64,000 bases of DNA. Origin: an uncultured Nitrospiraceae bacterium (GTDB taxonomy: Bacteria; Nitrospirota; UBA9217). The DNA lies in NCBI GenBank assembly GCA_964412455.1, contig CAYPOT010000009.1, positions 5,179-69,178 of the forward strand, given 5' to 3'. Position numbers and translations under genes: made by a program. The notes below the pieces were generated by a model. The model did no database searches and was not told the origin of the DNA. It saw only the letters and a program-made list of their open reading frames with translations. Position 1 is the first letter of the stretch. Each line of letters begins with the position of its first letter. Positions 1 through 8,451 of this stretch are shown here, piece by piece.

Positions 1-440
1 CGCTAAAATGGGTCGAAAAGGCCGCCGCCGAGACCGCTGAGAACACCGGCATGGTCCTGAATCTTGCGCTCTCCTATGGCGGGCGCGGCGAGATATTGGA
101 GGCCGTCAGGCGCATGCAGGACTCCGGCGGTGTTCCCGGGGACCTCACGGAGGAGCGTTTCGCCTCCCATCTCGACACGGCGGGACTGCCCGATCCGGAC
201 CTGATCATCCGCACGAGCGGGGAGAAGCGGATCAGCAACTTTCTTCTGTGGCAGTCGGCCTACGCAGAGCTCTATTTCACGGACGTCCTGTGGCCGGATT
301 TCGATGAGAAAGAACTTCTCACGGCGTTCCTTGATTACCAGCGCCGGCAGCGCCGCTTTGGTCTCACCGAGGAGCAGCTTGGCGGAAATGCCGGGCATCC
401 TTCCGGGGTCCTGTCGTCCGCGAACAAATTACGGCAGTAA
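1..440 (+). CDS. uppS: Undecaprenyl-diphosphate synthase, C-terminal part (5' end outside window)
   Basis: Frame is open from base 3 to TAA at 438-440. Translation has LSYGGR...IRTSGEKRISNFLLWQSAYAELYF, the conserved cis-prenyltransferase C-terminal block. Sits in uppS-cdsA-dxr-rseP synteny. Confidence 0.9.
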   Translation, partial: LKWVEKAAAETAENTGMVLNLALSYGGRGEILEAVRRMQDSGGVPGDLTEERFASHLDTAGLPDPDLIIRTSGEKRISNFLLWQSAYAELYFTDVLWPDFDEKELLTAFLDYQRRQRRFGLTEEQLGGNAGHPSGVLSSANKLRQ

Positions 441-452
441 CGGAGTCCTTCG

Positions 453-1259
453 ATGAGCTCTACCCGTGTACTGACCAGTATCGTGCTGGTCCCCGTTCTT
501 TTCGTTGTCGTCTGGTACCTGCCGTCAGGGTATTTCGCAGCGTTGGCGATCATCGCCGCCGCGATCGGTCAATACGAGCTGTACAAGATGGCGCGGGTGC
601 GGGGTGGGATCACACCGTTGGCGCTCCTTGGAATCTTGCTCGGGGCCCTTGTTGTCCTCAATGTCTACCGCCCCATCCTTACCTACCGCGGCGGGCCGTA
701 CGTCTGGATCGCCCTGTGTGTGATGGCGGTCATCGTGGCCCGTCTTTTTTCCCGGCGGCCGGTGGAAGGAGCCCTTGATGATATTGCGGTCACGGTATTC
801 GGCATCGTTTACGTGGCCTTGCTGTTCGCGTTTCAGGTCGCGATCCATGCCGGTCCCTCCGGGAAGAAGTGGCTGGTATTCCTCTATCTGGTGATCTGGG
901 CGTCGGACACCGGCGCCTACTATGTGGGCACGGCCTTCGGGAAGCACCGCCTCTACGAGAAGATCAGCCCGAAGAAGAGCGTCGAGGGGCTTCTCGGCGG
1001 GCTCCTCGCTTCGGTCCTCGTCGCGGTACTTGGTAAACTATGGCTCGTGCCTTCGCTCGGGATCATCGAGGCCGCTGTTCTCGGGGCCGTCCTTGCGCTG
1101 GCCGGGACCGCGGGCGACCTTGCGGAATCGCTTATCAAACGGAGCGCGGGCGTCAAGGACTCCGGGACGATCATTCCCGGCCACGGAGGCCTCCTGGACC
1201 GCATGGACAGTATGCTGTTTGCAGCGCCGGTGCTGTTCTTTTATTTACGAATGAGATGA
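453..1259 (+). CDS. cdsA: Phosphatidate cytidylyltransferase
   Basis: 268-aa multi-TM protein with the C-terminal CdsA signature SLIKRSAGVKDSGTIIPGHGGLLDRMDS. Confidence 0.9.
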   Translation: MSSTRVLTSIVLVPVLFVVVWYLPSGYFAALAIIAAAIGQYELYKMARVRGGITPLALLGILLGALVVLNVYRPILTYRGGPYVWIALCVMAVIVARLFSRRPVEGALDDIAVTVFGIVYVALLFAFQVAIHAGPSGKKWLVFLYLVIWASDTGAYYVGTAFGKHRLYEKISPKKSVEGLLGGLLASVLVAVLGKLWLVPSLGIIEAAVLGAVLALAGTAGDLAESLIKRSAGVKDSGTIIPGHGGLLDRMDSMLFAAPVLFFYLRMR

Positions 1260-1283
1260 ATAATTTCGGTTTCTGAATGAACC

Positions 1284-1342
1284 GTAGGGGCAACCCTATG
1301 TGGTTGCCCTGCTCCAGGGCGGCCACGCAGGGCCGCCCCTAC
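1284..1342. repeat. REP-like GC-rich palindromic element, family A, copy 1
   Basis: 59 nt with GTAGGGGC...GCCCCTAC termini and two internal hairpins (GGGCAACC/GGTTGCCC; GGGCGGCC/GGCCGCCC). Near-identical copies lie at 15520-15578, 34149-34213 and 52587-52644. Confidence 0.85.
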
Positions 1343-1356
1343 CTGTTCCTGATCAT

Positions 1357-2517
1357 ATGATTAAAAGGATATCCATACTCGGCTCCACCGGCTCCATCGG
1401 CACTTCCACGCTTGCCGTGGTCGAACGATTCCCGGACCGATTCGCTGTCGTCGCGATCGCGGGAGGGAACAACAGCGAGCTGCTGGAGTCCCAGATCCGG
1501 AAGTTCAAACCCTCGATCGCCGCCATTGCGGGTGAGAAGGCCGCGGAAGAACTGCGGAAGCGGTGCGCGGACCTTCCGGTCACGATCCTCTCGGGCGTCG
1601 AGGGGACGATCCGGGTCGCCGCCGCGGAGAACGCGGACATCACGGTCTCTGCCATTGTCGGCACGGCCGGGCTGGTCCCGACGATGGCCGCGATCCAGGC
1701 AGGCAAGGACATCGCCCTGGCGAACAAAGAGGTGCTCGTCACCGCCGGCGAGCTGGTCATGGCCGAGTGCCGCAGCCGGAAAGTCAGGCTCTTTCCGGTG
1801 GACAGCGAGCACAGCGCCATATTCCAGTGCCTCCATTCCGGCGAACGGGGTGACGTCAGACGTCTCATCCTCACGGCGTCGGGCGGGCCTTTCCGGAACC
1901 ATACGAAGAAGGATCTCGCGAAGGCGACCCTGGCCCAGGCGCTGAAACATCCGAACTGGAACATGGGAAAAAAGATCACCATCGACTCGGCCACCCTGAT
2001 GAACAAAGGCCTCGAGGTGATCGAGGCGCACTGGCTTTTCGGCATGGGACCGGAACAGATCAACGTGCTGGTCCATCCGCAGAGCATTGTGCACTCGCTC
2101 GTCGAATACCAGGACGGCTCCGTCGTGGCCCAGCTCGGAATGCCCGACATGAAGGGGCCCATCGCGTACGCCCTTTCCTATCCGGACCGTCTTCCCGATG
2201 TTGCGCCGGGGCTCGACCTCGCGTCCATCGCAACGCTCACGTTCCAGGAGCCGGACCGCGACCTGTTCCCCTGCCTCGGCTTCGCCTATGACGCCCTCAG
2301 GGCAGGAGGCAGCATGCCGGCGGTGCTCTCCGCCGCGAATGAAGTTGCGGTCAGGTATTTTCTTGAAGAGAAGATCGGGTTCATGGACATCCCCCGCGTG
2401 CTCAAGGCGACCATGGACGCTCATACGCCGGTATCTTTCAAAAGCGTGGACGAGGCGCTCAAGGCGGACCTCTGGGCACGGCATGAAGCCGAGAAGATCA
2501 TTGCGGAGTGCGGGTAG
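1357..2517 (+). CDS. dxr: 1-deoxy-D-xylulose-5-phosphate reductoisomerase
   Basis: N-terminal MIKRISILGSTGSIGTST NADPH-binding motif, plus LANKE, DSEHSA and NKGLEVIEAHWLF blocks. Start set at ATG 1357 because the 19 upstream codons of ORF 1300.. read through repeat A. Confidence 0.92.
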   Translation: MIKRISILGSTGSIGTSTLAVVERFPDRFAVVAIAGGNNSELLESQIRKFKPSIAAIAGEKAAEELRKRCADLPVTILSGVEGTIRVAAAENADITVSAIVGTAGLVPTMAAIQAGKDIALANKEVLVTAGELVMAECRSRKVRLFPVDSEHSAIFQCLHSGERGDVRRLILTASGGPFRNHTKKDLAKATLAQALKHPNWNMGKKITIDSATLMNKGLEVIEAHWLFGMGPEQINVLVHPQSIVHSLVEYQDGSVVAQLGMPDMKGPIAYALSYPDRLPDVAPGLDLASIATLTFQEPDRDLFPCLGFAYDALRAGGSMPAVLSAANEVAVRYFLEEKIGFMDIPRVLKATMDAHTPVSFKSVDEALKADLWARHEAEKIIAECG

Positions 2518-2600
2518 ACATGACCCTCACCCCTGCCCCTCTCCCCTGGAGGGAGAGGGAAAAAGGGAGAGGGGGCTTTTTCAACGCCGAGTGCGGAATG
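2514..2600. repeat. Family B repeat (CCCTCACCC..CTCTCCCCTGGAGGGAGAGGG hairpin), long copy 1
   Basis: About 85 nt, nearly identical to 54901-54987. Shorter relatives at 23371-23406, 53210-53262, 57780-57816 and 58148-58181. Confidence 0.85.
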
Positions 2601-2606
2601 AAAGCC

Positions 2607-2635
2607 GTCATTCCCCCGAACGCGGGAATCCAGGG
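2607..2635. repeat. Family C hairpin repeat (GTCATTCCC..GGGAATCCAG)
   Basis: GTCAT-stem-loop-CCAG unit. Paired inverted copies at 39671-39753, 57108-57188 and 63566-63644. Confidence 0.75.
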
Positions 2636-2759
2636 TTGTTGCTTGAATATCACGCAGGGTCTTTGACGTATCCGCTTTTATCATAGCTTTTATCGGCTTC
2701 TATCCGTGTCAAAGATTTTGCTCTTAATCTGTGGTCACAACGGTATTTAAGGAGAGACA

Positions 2760-4043
2760 ATGACGCTTATCTATTTTTTGATCGTGATCGGCATCCTCGT
2801 GTTCGTGCACGAGTTCGGCCATTTCATCATGGCGAAGCGGGCCGGCGTGCGGGTGGAGAAGTTCTCCCTCGGCATGGGACCCCGGTTGTTCGGCTATAAG
2901 AAGGGCGACACGGACTACATCATTTCGGCGCTGCCGCTCGGCGGGTACGTGAAGATGGCGGGCGAGAACCCCGACGAGGAACCCACGGGCGCGGCGGACG
3001 AATTCCAGTCCAAGACCATCTGGCAGCGGGCGAAGATCGCGGCGGCCGGTTCCGTGACCAACATCGTCCTCGCGTTCCTGCTGATGCCGCTCGTGTTCAT
3101 GATCGGCACCTATACGTTGGGATCTTCGAGGGTAGGGGGTGTGGTCAAGGGATCTCCTGCTGAGCAGGCAGGGTTTTTGGCGGGGGATACGATCGAACGG
3201 ATAAGCGGCAAAGTGGTCACTGAATGGGAAAAGGTGGATATGTTGATCGCTGTGAATCCCAATACGGAAATCACGGTGGTGATCGATCGTAACGGGGAAA
3301 AAAAGACATTGACGCTCACGCCTCAGTTGGATGCGGAACGCAATATCGGCACTGCGGGCATATACCCTTCATTGTCAGCTGAAGTGGGACGACTTCGCCC
3401 GGGGCTGCCTGCGGAAAAGGCGGGCCTTAAGGTTAACGATAAGATCCTGGCTGTGGACGGCACGACCGTCTATTATTGGAATCAATTCTCCACCATGGTG
3501 AAAGAGAGCGGGGGAAAAAAGCTTTCCTTGCTGATCGAGCGGGAAGGAAAGCGCATGACGACTGCAATTACCCCGATCATGGACAGCGGCCGGCATGTCA
3601 TCGGCGTTGAGCCGTATGTTCGCCTGGATTTCAAGAAATATGGATTTTGGGAGTCCCTTCAGCTTGGTTTCATGAAGACCCTGGAGATCGCGGACCTGAC
3701 GTTCATCACCCTGAAGAAGCTGTTCTCGTTCTCGATCTCCATCAAGGCGCTGGGCGGGCCGGTGATGATCGCCCAGATGTCAGGACAGGCGGCGGCAGCG
3801 GGCCTGTCGGCCTTTATCGCGCTTATGGCCACCATCAGCCTGTCTCTCGGCATGCTGAACCTGCTGCCCATTCCGGTGCTGGACGGCGGCCTGCTCGTGT
3901 TTCTCGCCATCGAAGCGGTCCGGAAGAAACCCCTGAGCCAGAAGGTCATGGAAGTTTCCCAGAGCATCGGCGCCGCTTTGCTGATCACCCTGATCGCGGT
4001 GGTGTCGTACAACGATGTGATGAGGCTGTTCTTCAGTAAATAG
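2760..4043 (+). CDS. rseP: RIP (site-2) zinc metalloprotease RseP
   Basis: HEFGHF zinc motif in the first TM, central PDZ-like segments, and the C-terminal LNLLPIPVLDGG motif. Confidence 0.9.
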   Translation: MTLIYFLIVIGILVFVHEFGHFIMAKRAGVRVEKFSLGMGPRLFGYKKGDTDYIISALPLGGYVKMAGENPDEEPTGAADEFQSKTIWQRAKIAAAGSVTNIVLAFLLMPLVFMIGTYTLGSSRVGGVVKGSPAEQAGFLAGDTIERISGKVVTEWEKVDMLIAVNPNTEITVVIDRNGEKKTLTLTPQLDAERNIGTAGIYPSLSAEVGRLRPGLPAEKAGLKVNDKILAVDGTTVYYWNQFSTMVKESGGKKLSLLIEREGKRMTTAITPIMDSGRHVIGVEPYVRLDFKKYGFWESLQLGFMKTLEIADLTFITLKKLFSFSISIKALGGPVMIAQMSGQAAAAGLSAFIALMATISLSLGMLNLLPIPVLDGGLLVFLAIEAVRKKPLSQKVMEVSQSIGAALLITLIAVVSYNDVMRLFFSK

Positions 4044-4048
4044 AGAAA

Positions 4049-4153
4049 CACCAAATCTCAAACATCAAATAACAAATAATTTTCAATGACCGAAATTTTA
4101 AACATTGGTCATTGGAGTTTGGTGCTTATTTGATATTTGTATTTTGTAATTTG
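4049..4153. repeat. AT-rich palindromic intergenic element, family D, copy 1
   Basis: Inverted arms built of CAAAT/ATTTG-type short repeats around a CAATGACC..GGTCATTG core. The right arm (GCTTATTTGATATTTGTATTTTGTAATTTGGA) is nearly the same as in 51178-51305. Confidence 0.75.
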
Positions 4154-4164
4154 GAATTAAAGCA

Positions 4165-5262
4165 ATGAACCTTATCCCCCGCAAGAAGACTCGTTCGATC
4201 GCCCTCGGCAGCGTGAAGATCGGCTGGGGCTCGCCGGTTGCCGTCCAGTCCATGTGCAACACGGACACTCGGGACGCCGACACCACGCTCGTGCAGATCC
4301 GGCGTCTTGAAGCAGCCGGTTGCGAGATCGTCCGGCTTGCCGTGCCCGACACCGAGGCCGCGAAGGCCATCGGGAAGATCCGGAAAGGTACGACCGTTCC
4401 GCTCGTGGCCGATATCCACTTCGATCACCGGCTTGCCCTCGAAGCGGTGAAGCAGGGCGTTGATGGCCTTCGCATCAATCCGGGCAATATCGGAGGCAGG
4501 GACAAGGTCGCGGAAGTAGTGAGCGCCTGCAAGGACCGGCGTCTTCCCATTCGCATCGGGGTGAACGCGGGATCGCTCGAGAAGCACCTGCTAGAAAAGT
4601 ACGGCCACCCCACTCCTGAGGCTATCGTCGAGAGCGCGTTCGGCCATATTCGCATTCTTGAGGACCTGGATTACCGGGAGATCAAGGTCTCGCTCAAGGC
4701 GTCGGACGTTCTGACCACGGTCGAGGCCTACCGCCTGTTTGCGAAGCAGTCGGACTATCCTCTGCACATCGGCATCTCCGAGGCGGGCACGATCCACTCC
4801 GGCACGATCAAGTCGAGCGTCGGCCTCGGGATCCTGCTCGCCGAGGGCATCGGCGACACCATGCGGGTGTCGCTTACCGCGGACCCGGTCGAAGAGGTCC
4901 GCGTGGCCTACGGGATCCTTAAATCGCTCAAGATCCGTGAGCGGGGAGTGAATCTTATCTCCTGCCCCACCTGCGGCAGGACCGAGATCAATATCATCGG
5001 CCTTGCCGAAGAAGTGGAGCGCAGGCTCGGCCATATCACCGAGCCGCTCACCGTCGCGGTCATGGGCTGCGTGGTGAACGGGCCGGGCGAAGCGCGCGAG
5101 GCCGACATCGGCATCGCCGGCGGCAAAGGCGTGGGCATGCTGTTCAAGCACGGCGAGATCGTGAAAAGGTTCGACGAGAAAGAACTGGCGGATGTGCTGG
5201 TGAGGGAAGTTGAGAAGATGGTTCAATTACGTTCAAAGTTCAAGGTTCAAAGTTCAAAGTAG
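4165..5262 (+). CDS. ispG: 4-hydroxy-3-methylbut-2-enyl diphosphate synthase
   Basis: GcpE-family sequence throughout, with Fe-S cysteines in ISCPTCGRT and MGCVVNGPGE. The last ~13 codons are encoded by a GTTCAAAG-type tandem repeat. Confidence 0.92.
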   Translation: MNLIPRKKTRSIALGSVKIGWGSPVAVQSMCNTDTRDADTTLVQIRRLEAAGCEIVRLAVPDTEAAKAIGKIRKGTTVPLVADIHFDHRLALEAVKQGVDGLRINPGNIGGRDKVAEVVSACKDRRLPIRIGVNAGSLEKHLLEKYGHPTPEAIVESAFGHIRILEDLDYREIKVSLKASDVLTTVEAYRLFAKQSDYPLHIGISEAGTIHSGTIKSSVGLGILLAEGIGDTMRVSLTADPVEEVRVAYGILKSLKIRERGVNLISCPTCGRTEINIIGLAEEVERRLGHITEPLTVAVMGCVVNGPGEAREADIGIAGGKGVGMLFKHGEIVKRFDEKELADVLVREVEKMVQLRSKFKVQSSK

Positions 5263-5374
5263 GACTTCATTTTGCCGGATACCATTCCTTTTCGTTTGCA
5301 ATCAACGGGGTTCTCTGATAAATTAACACTATCGGCTGTAGGAGCGGTTAAAGCGCGCAGCCTGGAGGCATGCG

Positions 5375-5665
5375 ATGTCGACTATATCGATCAAAGGTGA
5401 TTCTTCGGAAACAGTCAGGTCACTCCTGACAAGTGCGTTGGACAGGGAAAAGCGCATTATTACTGACAGTTTGCGAACAACACGCGATAAGGTGAATGCC
5501 CTGGCAATAATGCTGTCGGTTGATGTTGAAAAGCTGATGCGGGGCGAGATCGAGCATGCTGAATCAAAGGACATGCAATTAATCGAACTCGAAGGGGAAG
5601 TCGAACTGCTCAGGCATCTTGAGACAGAGCTCAGGGAACTTGAAACCCTTGAAATATGCAGATAA
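5375..5665 (+). CDS. Small coiled-coil hypothetical protein (possible partner of the downstream TumE-like gene)
   Basis: 96-aa ORF preceded by GGAGG. Its end overlaps the next gene by 10 nt. No family recognised. Confidence 0.4.
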   Translation: MSTISIKGDSSETVRSLLTSALDREKRIITDSLRTTRDKVNALAIMLSVDVEKLMRGEIEHAESKDMQLIELEGEVELLRHLETELRELETLEICR

Positions 5666-6051
5666 AGGCATACCTTGACGGAATTCTCGATACACTTGCC
5701 GCGAATCCCCATGTGGAAGCCCAAAGTATTTCCTTTGAAGAACGCCCTCCCGATGCAGTCATCATAACAGGTATTGTCGCATTCATCGACGGCTCAAAAC
5801 TGCATATCAAAGAATTCCTGGTCCTGAAACCCGCTCATGCGGCTATCCTCAAGTATGGCTATCACTACGTGTCGAGTAAAGGTGAATTGATCTTCCGATA
5901 CGACAATGCGCTCGATCCCAAGGCGAGGGGATTGTCGACCTATCCGGAGCACAAACATGCTCCCGACGGATTAAAAGAAACCCGAAGACCATCGTGGCAG
6001 GATATTTTACGAGAAATTTCGAGCTCAATAGGCCAGTACATCAGGAAATAA
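5656..6051 (+). CDS. TumE-like (DUF6516) toxin-family protein
   Basis: YGYHY...FRYDNALDP...STYPEHKH resembles the RYDNAPHH..FPHHKH signature I recall for the TumE/DUF6516 family. Confidence 0.5.
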   Translation: MQIKAYLDGILDTLAANPHVEAQSISFEERPPDAVIITGIVAFIDGSKLHIKEFLVLKPAHAAILKYGYHYVSSKGELIFRYDNALDPKARGLSTYPEHKHAPDGLKETRRPSWQDILREISSSIGQYIRK

Positions 6052-6069
6052 AACATTTTCGGAGACCCC

Positions 6070-6171
6070 ATGCGTTATTCCCGTTTGTTCATCCCCACCC
6101 TGAAAGAAGCCCCGACCGACGCCGAGGCGGTCTCGCACAAGCTCATGGTGCGCGCGGGCTTCGTGCGATAA
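6070..6171 (+). pseudogene. Truncated duplicate of the proS 5' end (33 codons then TAA)
   Basis: [33 protein letters not shown] parallels the proS start at 13824. Segment 6112-6155 is identical to 13866-13909. Confidence 0.9.
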
Positions 6172-6210
6172 TCGGCGCCCTGCGGCAGCGTATGATGTAA
6201 ATAAATTTGA

Positions 6211-6239
6211 TTGACAATGGTTAGTATGAATATTATAAT
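6211..6239 (+). promoter_or_regulatory. Consensus sigma70-type promoter upstream of the AbrB/PIN pair
   Basis: TTGACA (6211-6216), 17-nt spacer, TATAAT (6234-6239). Confidence 0.6.
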
Positions 6240-6288
6240 AAAGTATGATATATATTTTTGAATCGTATCTGATGGCAGGAGCGGGACA

Positions 6289-6534
6289 ATGAAAACGCTG
6301 ATGAGCGAGAGGGGTCAGGTGGTGATCCCGAAAAAGATCCGGGAGACCATTCACCTCCATAAAGGCGACGAACTGGAGATCGAGGTGCGCGATGAGACGA
6401 TCGTGCTGAAGCCGCTTCGCAGGTTCAAGGCCAAAAAATGGCAGGATTACGCCGGAATCGGTGAAGGCATCGTGGCTGCCCATCTCAAGGACAAGAAGAA
6501 GGAAAAAGCCGATGAAGATGCTTATTCTCGATAG
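6289..6534 (+). CDS. AbrB/SpoVT-family antitoxin (VapB/MazE-like)
   Basis: N-terminal SERGQVVIPKKIRETIHLHKGDELEIEV swapped-hairpin motif. Overlaps the downstream PIN gene. Confidence 0.8.
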   Translation: MKTLMSERGQVVIPKKIRETIHLHKGDELEIEVRDETIVLKPLRRFKAKKWQDYAGIGEGIVAAHLKDKKKEKADEDAYSR

Positions 6535-6931
6535 CTACGCACTGCTCTGTCTTTTCGATAAAAAGCGCAGGACGGAGAAGGAAGCGATAATGTCCTATCT
6601 TGAGGATGCGGGCAAAGGCAAGGCGAAGCTTTATATCAGCAAGATCAACGAAGGTGAAGTGTTTTATAAGCTCTATAAGTATTTCGGCGCCGAGATCGCG
6701 ACCGGATTCAGGGCAGACCTCAAGCGGGGAATGTTCCCCCTGCATGTCGTGCCCGTGAATGATAAACGAATAGACGAAGCGTCCGTGATTAAGGCGAAAT
6801 ATCCGGTATCCTACGCCGACGCATTTTGCATAGAACTTGCCAGGGACATGAACCTGCCTGTGGTGACAGGTGATCCGGAATTCGAGGCTGTGAAGGACCT
6901 GATAAAGCTACAGCCGCTTGCGGAACAGTAG
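6512..6931 (+). CDS. PIN-domain toxin (VapC-like)
   Basis: MKMLILDSYAL (first acidic residue) ... EGEV ... YADAFCIELA ... VTGDPEF, a typical PIN acidic-residue pattern. Start taken at ATG 6512, overlapping the antitoxin. Confidence 0.75.
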   Translation: MKMLILDSYALLCLFDKKRRTEKEAIMSYLEDAGKGKAKLYISKINEGEVFYKLYKYFGAEIATGFRADLKRGMFPLHVVPVNDKRIDEASVIKAKYPVSYADAFCIELARDMNLPVVTGDPEFEAVKDLIKLQPLAEQ

Positions 6932-6950
6932 CTCCTATGCGGACTTTCCG

Positions 6951-7046
6951 CACGGCGAGATCGTGAAGAAGTCCGATGAGAAGGAATTGGCCGATGTGCT
7001 GGTGAGGGAAGTGGAAGATTTAGTTCGGCAAAAAAATAAAAGGTAA
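6951..7046 (+). pseudogene. Remnant of a diverged ispG 3' end (31 codons plus stop)
   Basis: HGEIVKKSDEKELADVLVREVEDLVRQKNKR* parallels the native ispG C-terminus HGEIVKRFDEKELADVLVREVEKMV (5147-5225). Confidence 0.85.
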
Positions 7047-7115
7047 GATCGTATTTCGTTTGGTGTCTCTTACATTGATAAAATGCACCAATGTTGTTTA
7101 AGAGAGATTTCAATT

Positions 7116-8435
7116 ATGAAAAAATATTATGATCCTTTATATGGTGAAATCAAGCTAGATGAGCTTGTCTTTAGTATTATTGAAAAATGTCCTGAAATAA
7201 AGCGGCTCAGATATGTCGGCCTCATGAATTTCAAATCTTTGAGCATGCTACCTTTAACAAGCATCACGAGGTTAGAACATACAATTGGTCTATCGTACCT
7301 AGCACAATTATTTGCCGACTCAAATTCTTTTTCAAAAACATCGAGGAACAATTTAATCGTCGCTTCACTTTTTCATGATGTTAACAGCGCGTCATTTGGA
7401 CATGCTATTGAATGGGCAGTGGATCGCTATACGCCTTATAACCACGAAAAGGAAACCGAGTGGTTAGCTGATAAAGAAAAGACCTCGTTTTTAAACAAAA
7501 AGCCAATATTTATTGAGCAATATGGTGTGACAAGATATGATTTGGAAAAAGAATATGGATTTAACTTGACTAAGGCTTATCAAATTATTAACGGAGTGGA
7601 TTCATTTACAATTAACAATAATGGAATAGATCTAGATAACGTTGACAACGTTTTTCGTATGGGTTTATACATGGGGCTGGAACCTTTCGAAAAGGGATGC
7701 CCTGTAAGGTTAGCCAAGAGTTTAAAGATAGTTGACGGGCGTGATAATTTTGTTATTAAAGAGGAAGCTATTGACTTAGTGATGACATGGTATCAATTAA
7801 GAGCGAATATTTACGGGAGATTTATTTACTCCGAAGAGTATATGGGTTATGAATATCTTTTATTTCAACTTATTGCTGAGTATGCAAAACACGTTGAGTT
7901 TGATAGCATAAGAAATCTTTTTAATTACACGGATGAAAATCTATTGTGGCATTTTTATGATAAGAAGAATTCGCTCCCGTCGGTAAGTAATATAGCGAGC
8001 ATGTTATTATTGCATGATATTCCTAAGACATACGCAATATTGCGCTCAGATGAATTTGACAAAAAAGAAAAACTAATTAAACCTGGAATTCTAGATGCTA
8101 TTGCCCAAAGTGTGAGTGAGTATTTGCACAATTCTAAAGAGGTTTCGAACACATCATCAGGGGAAATATTTTTGCATTTAACGACAGACGATAGAAAAAC
8201 CAACAGACAAATTGACTTTTATGTAGAGAAGAGTGGAGAAGTTGTTAAGCAATCTATAGGTTTCGATAAGAGATACATTGTTATTGGTGTATTGGGGAAA
8301 AAAAATCTGTCAGAAAAAGTAAAAACGCTAATCGCAGAAAAAACCATTGAAAAGCTTAGAAGCAGTAATTTGGGTAATTTCGATAATATTGAATTCGTCG
8401 AATCAAATGCGTTAAAGCAAAAAGTGCTATTCTAG
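7116..8435 (+). CDS. HD-domain phosphohydrolase, SAMHD1/dGTPase-like
   Basis: YDPLYGEIKL...EIKRLRYVGL...TRLEHTIGLSYLA...LFHDVNSASFGH parallels the dNTP-triphosphohydrolase N-terminal layout (H...HD). The region is AT-rich. Confidence 0.65.
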   Translation: MKKYYDPLYGEIKLDELVFSIIEKCPEIKRLRYVGLMNFKSLSMLPLTSITRLEHTIGLSYLAQLFADSNSFSKTSRNNLIVASLFHDVNSASFGHAIEWAVDRYTPYNHEKETEWLADKEKTSFLNKKPIFIEQYGVTRYDLEKEYGFNLTKAYQIINGVDSFTINNNGIDLDNVDNVFRMGLYMGLEPFEKGCPVRLAKSLKIVDGRDNFVIKEEAIDLVMTWYQLRANIYGRFIYSEEYMGYEYLLFQLIAEYAKHVEFDSIRNLFNYTDENLLWHFYDKKNSLPSVSNIASMLLLHDIPKTYAILRSDEFDKKEKLIKPGILDAIAQSVSEYLHNSKEVSNTSSGEIFLHLTTDDRKTNRQIDFYVEKSGEVVKQSIGFDKRYIVIGVLGKKNLSEKVKTLIAEKTIEKLRSSNLGNFDNIEFVESNALKQKVLF

Positions 8436-8451
8436 CCGCACCTTTTAATTT

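Noticed and set aside
1339-2484. Long antisense or alternative-frame ORFs overlapping well-supported genes. Examples: 1339..2484(-), 17230..18525(-), 20729..21778(-), 33207..34043(+), 35224..36288(+), 37766..38989(+), 47786..49336(-), 49519..50727(-).
   Set aside because: Their translations are Arg/Gly/Pro/Ala-rich low-complexity strings typical of non-coding frames in GC-rich DNA. The opposite or alternative frame encodes clear family members (dxr, GspE-like, fumarase, hydrogenase, MurU/AmgK-like, GspD, GspE).
5994-6200. 68-aa plus-strand ORF spanning the proS 5' fragment. The analogous ORF 13748..14323 was also considered.
   Set aside because: Both are out-of-frame readings of the proS 5' sequence (...[18 protein letters not shown]...). 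The correct frame gives the ProRS N-terminus.
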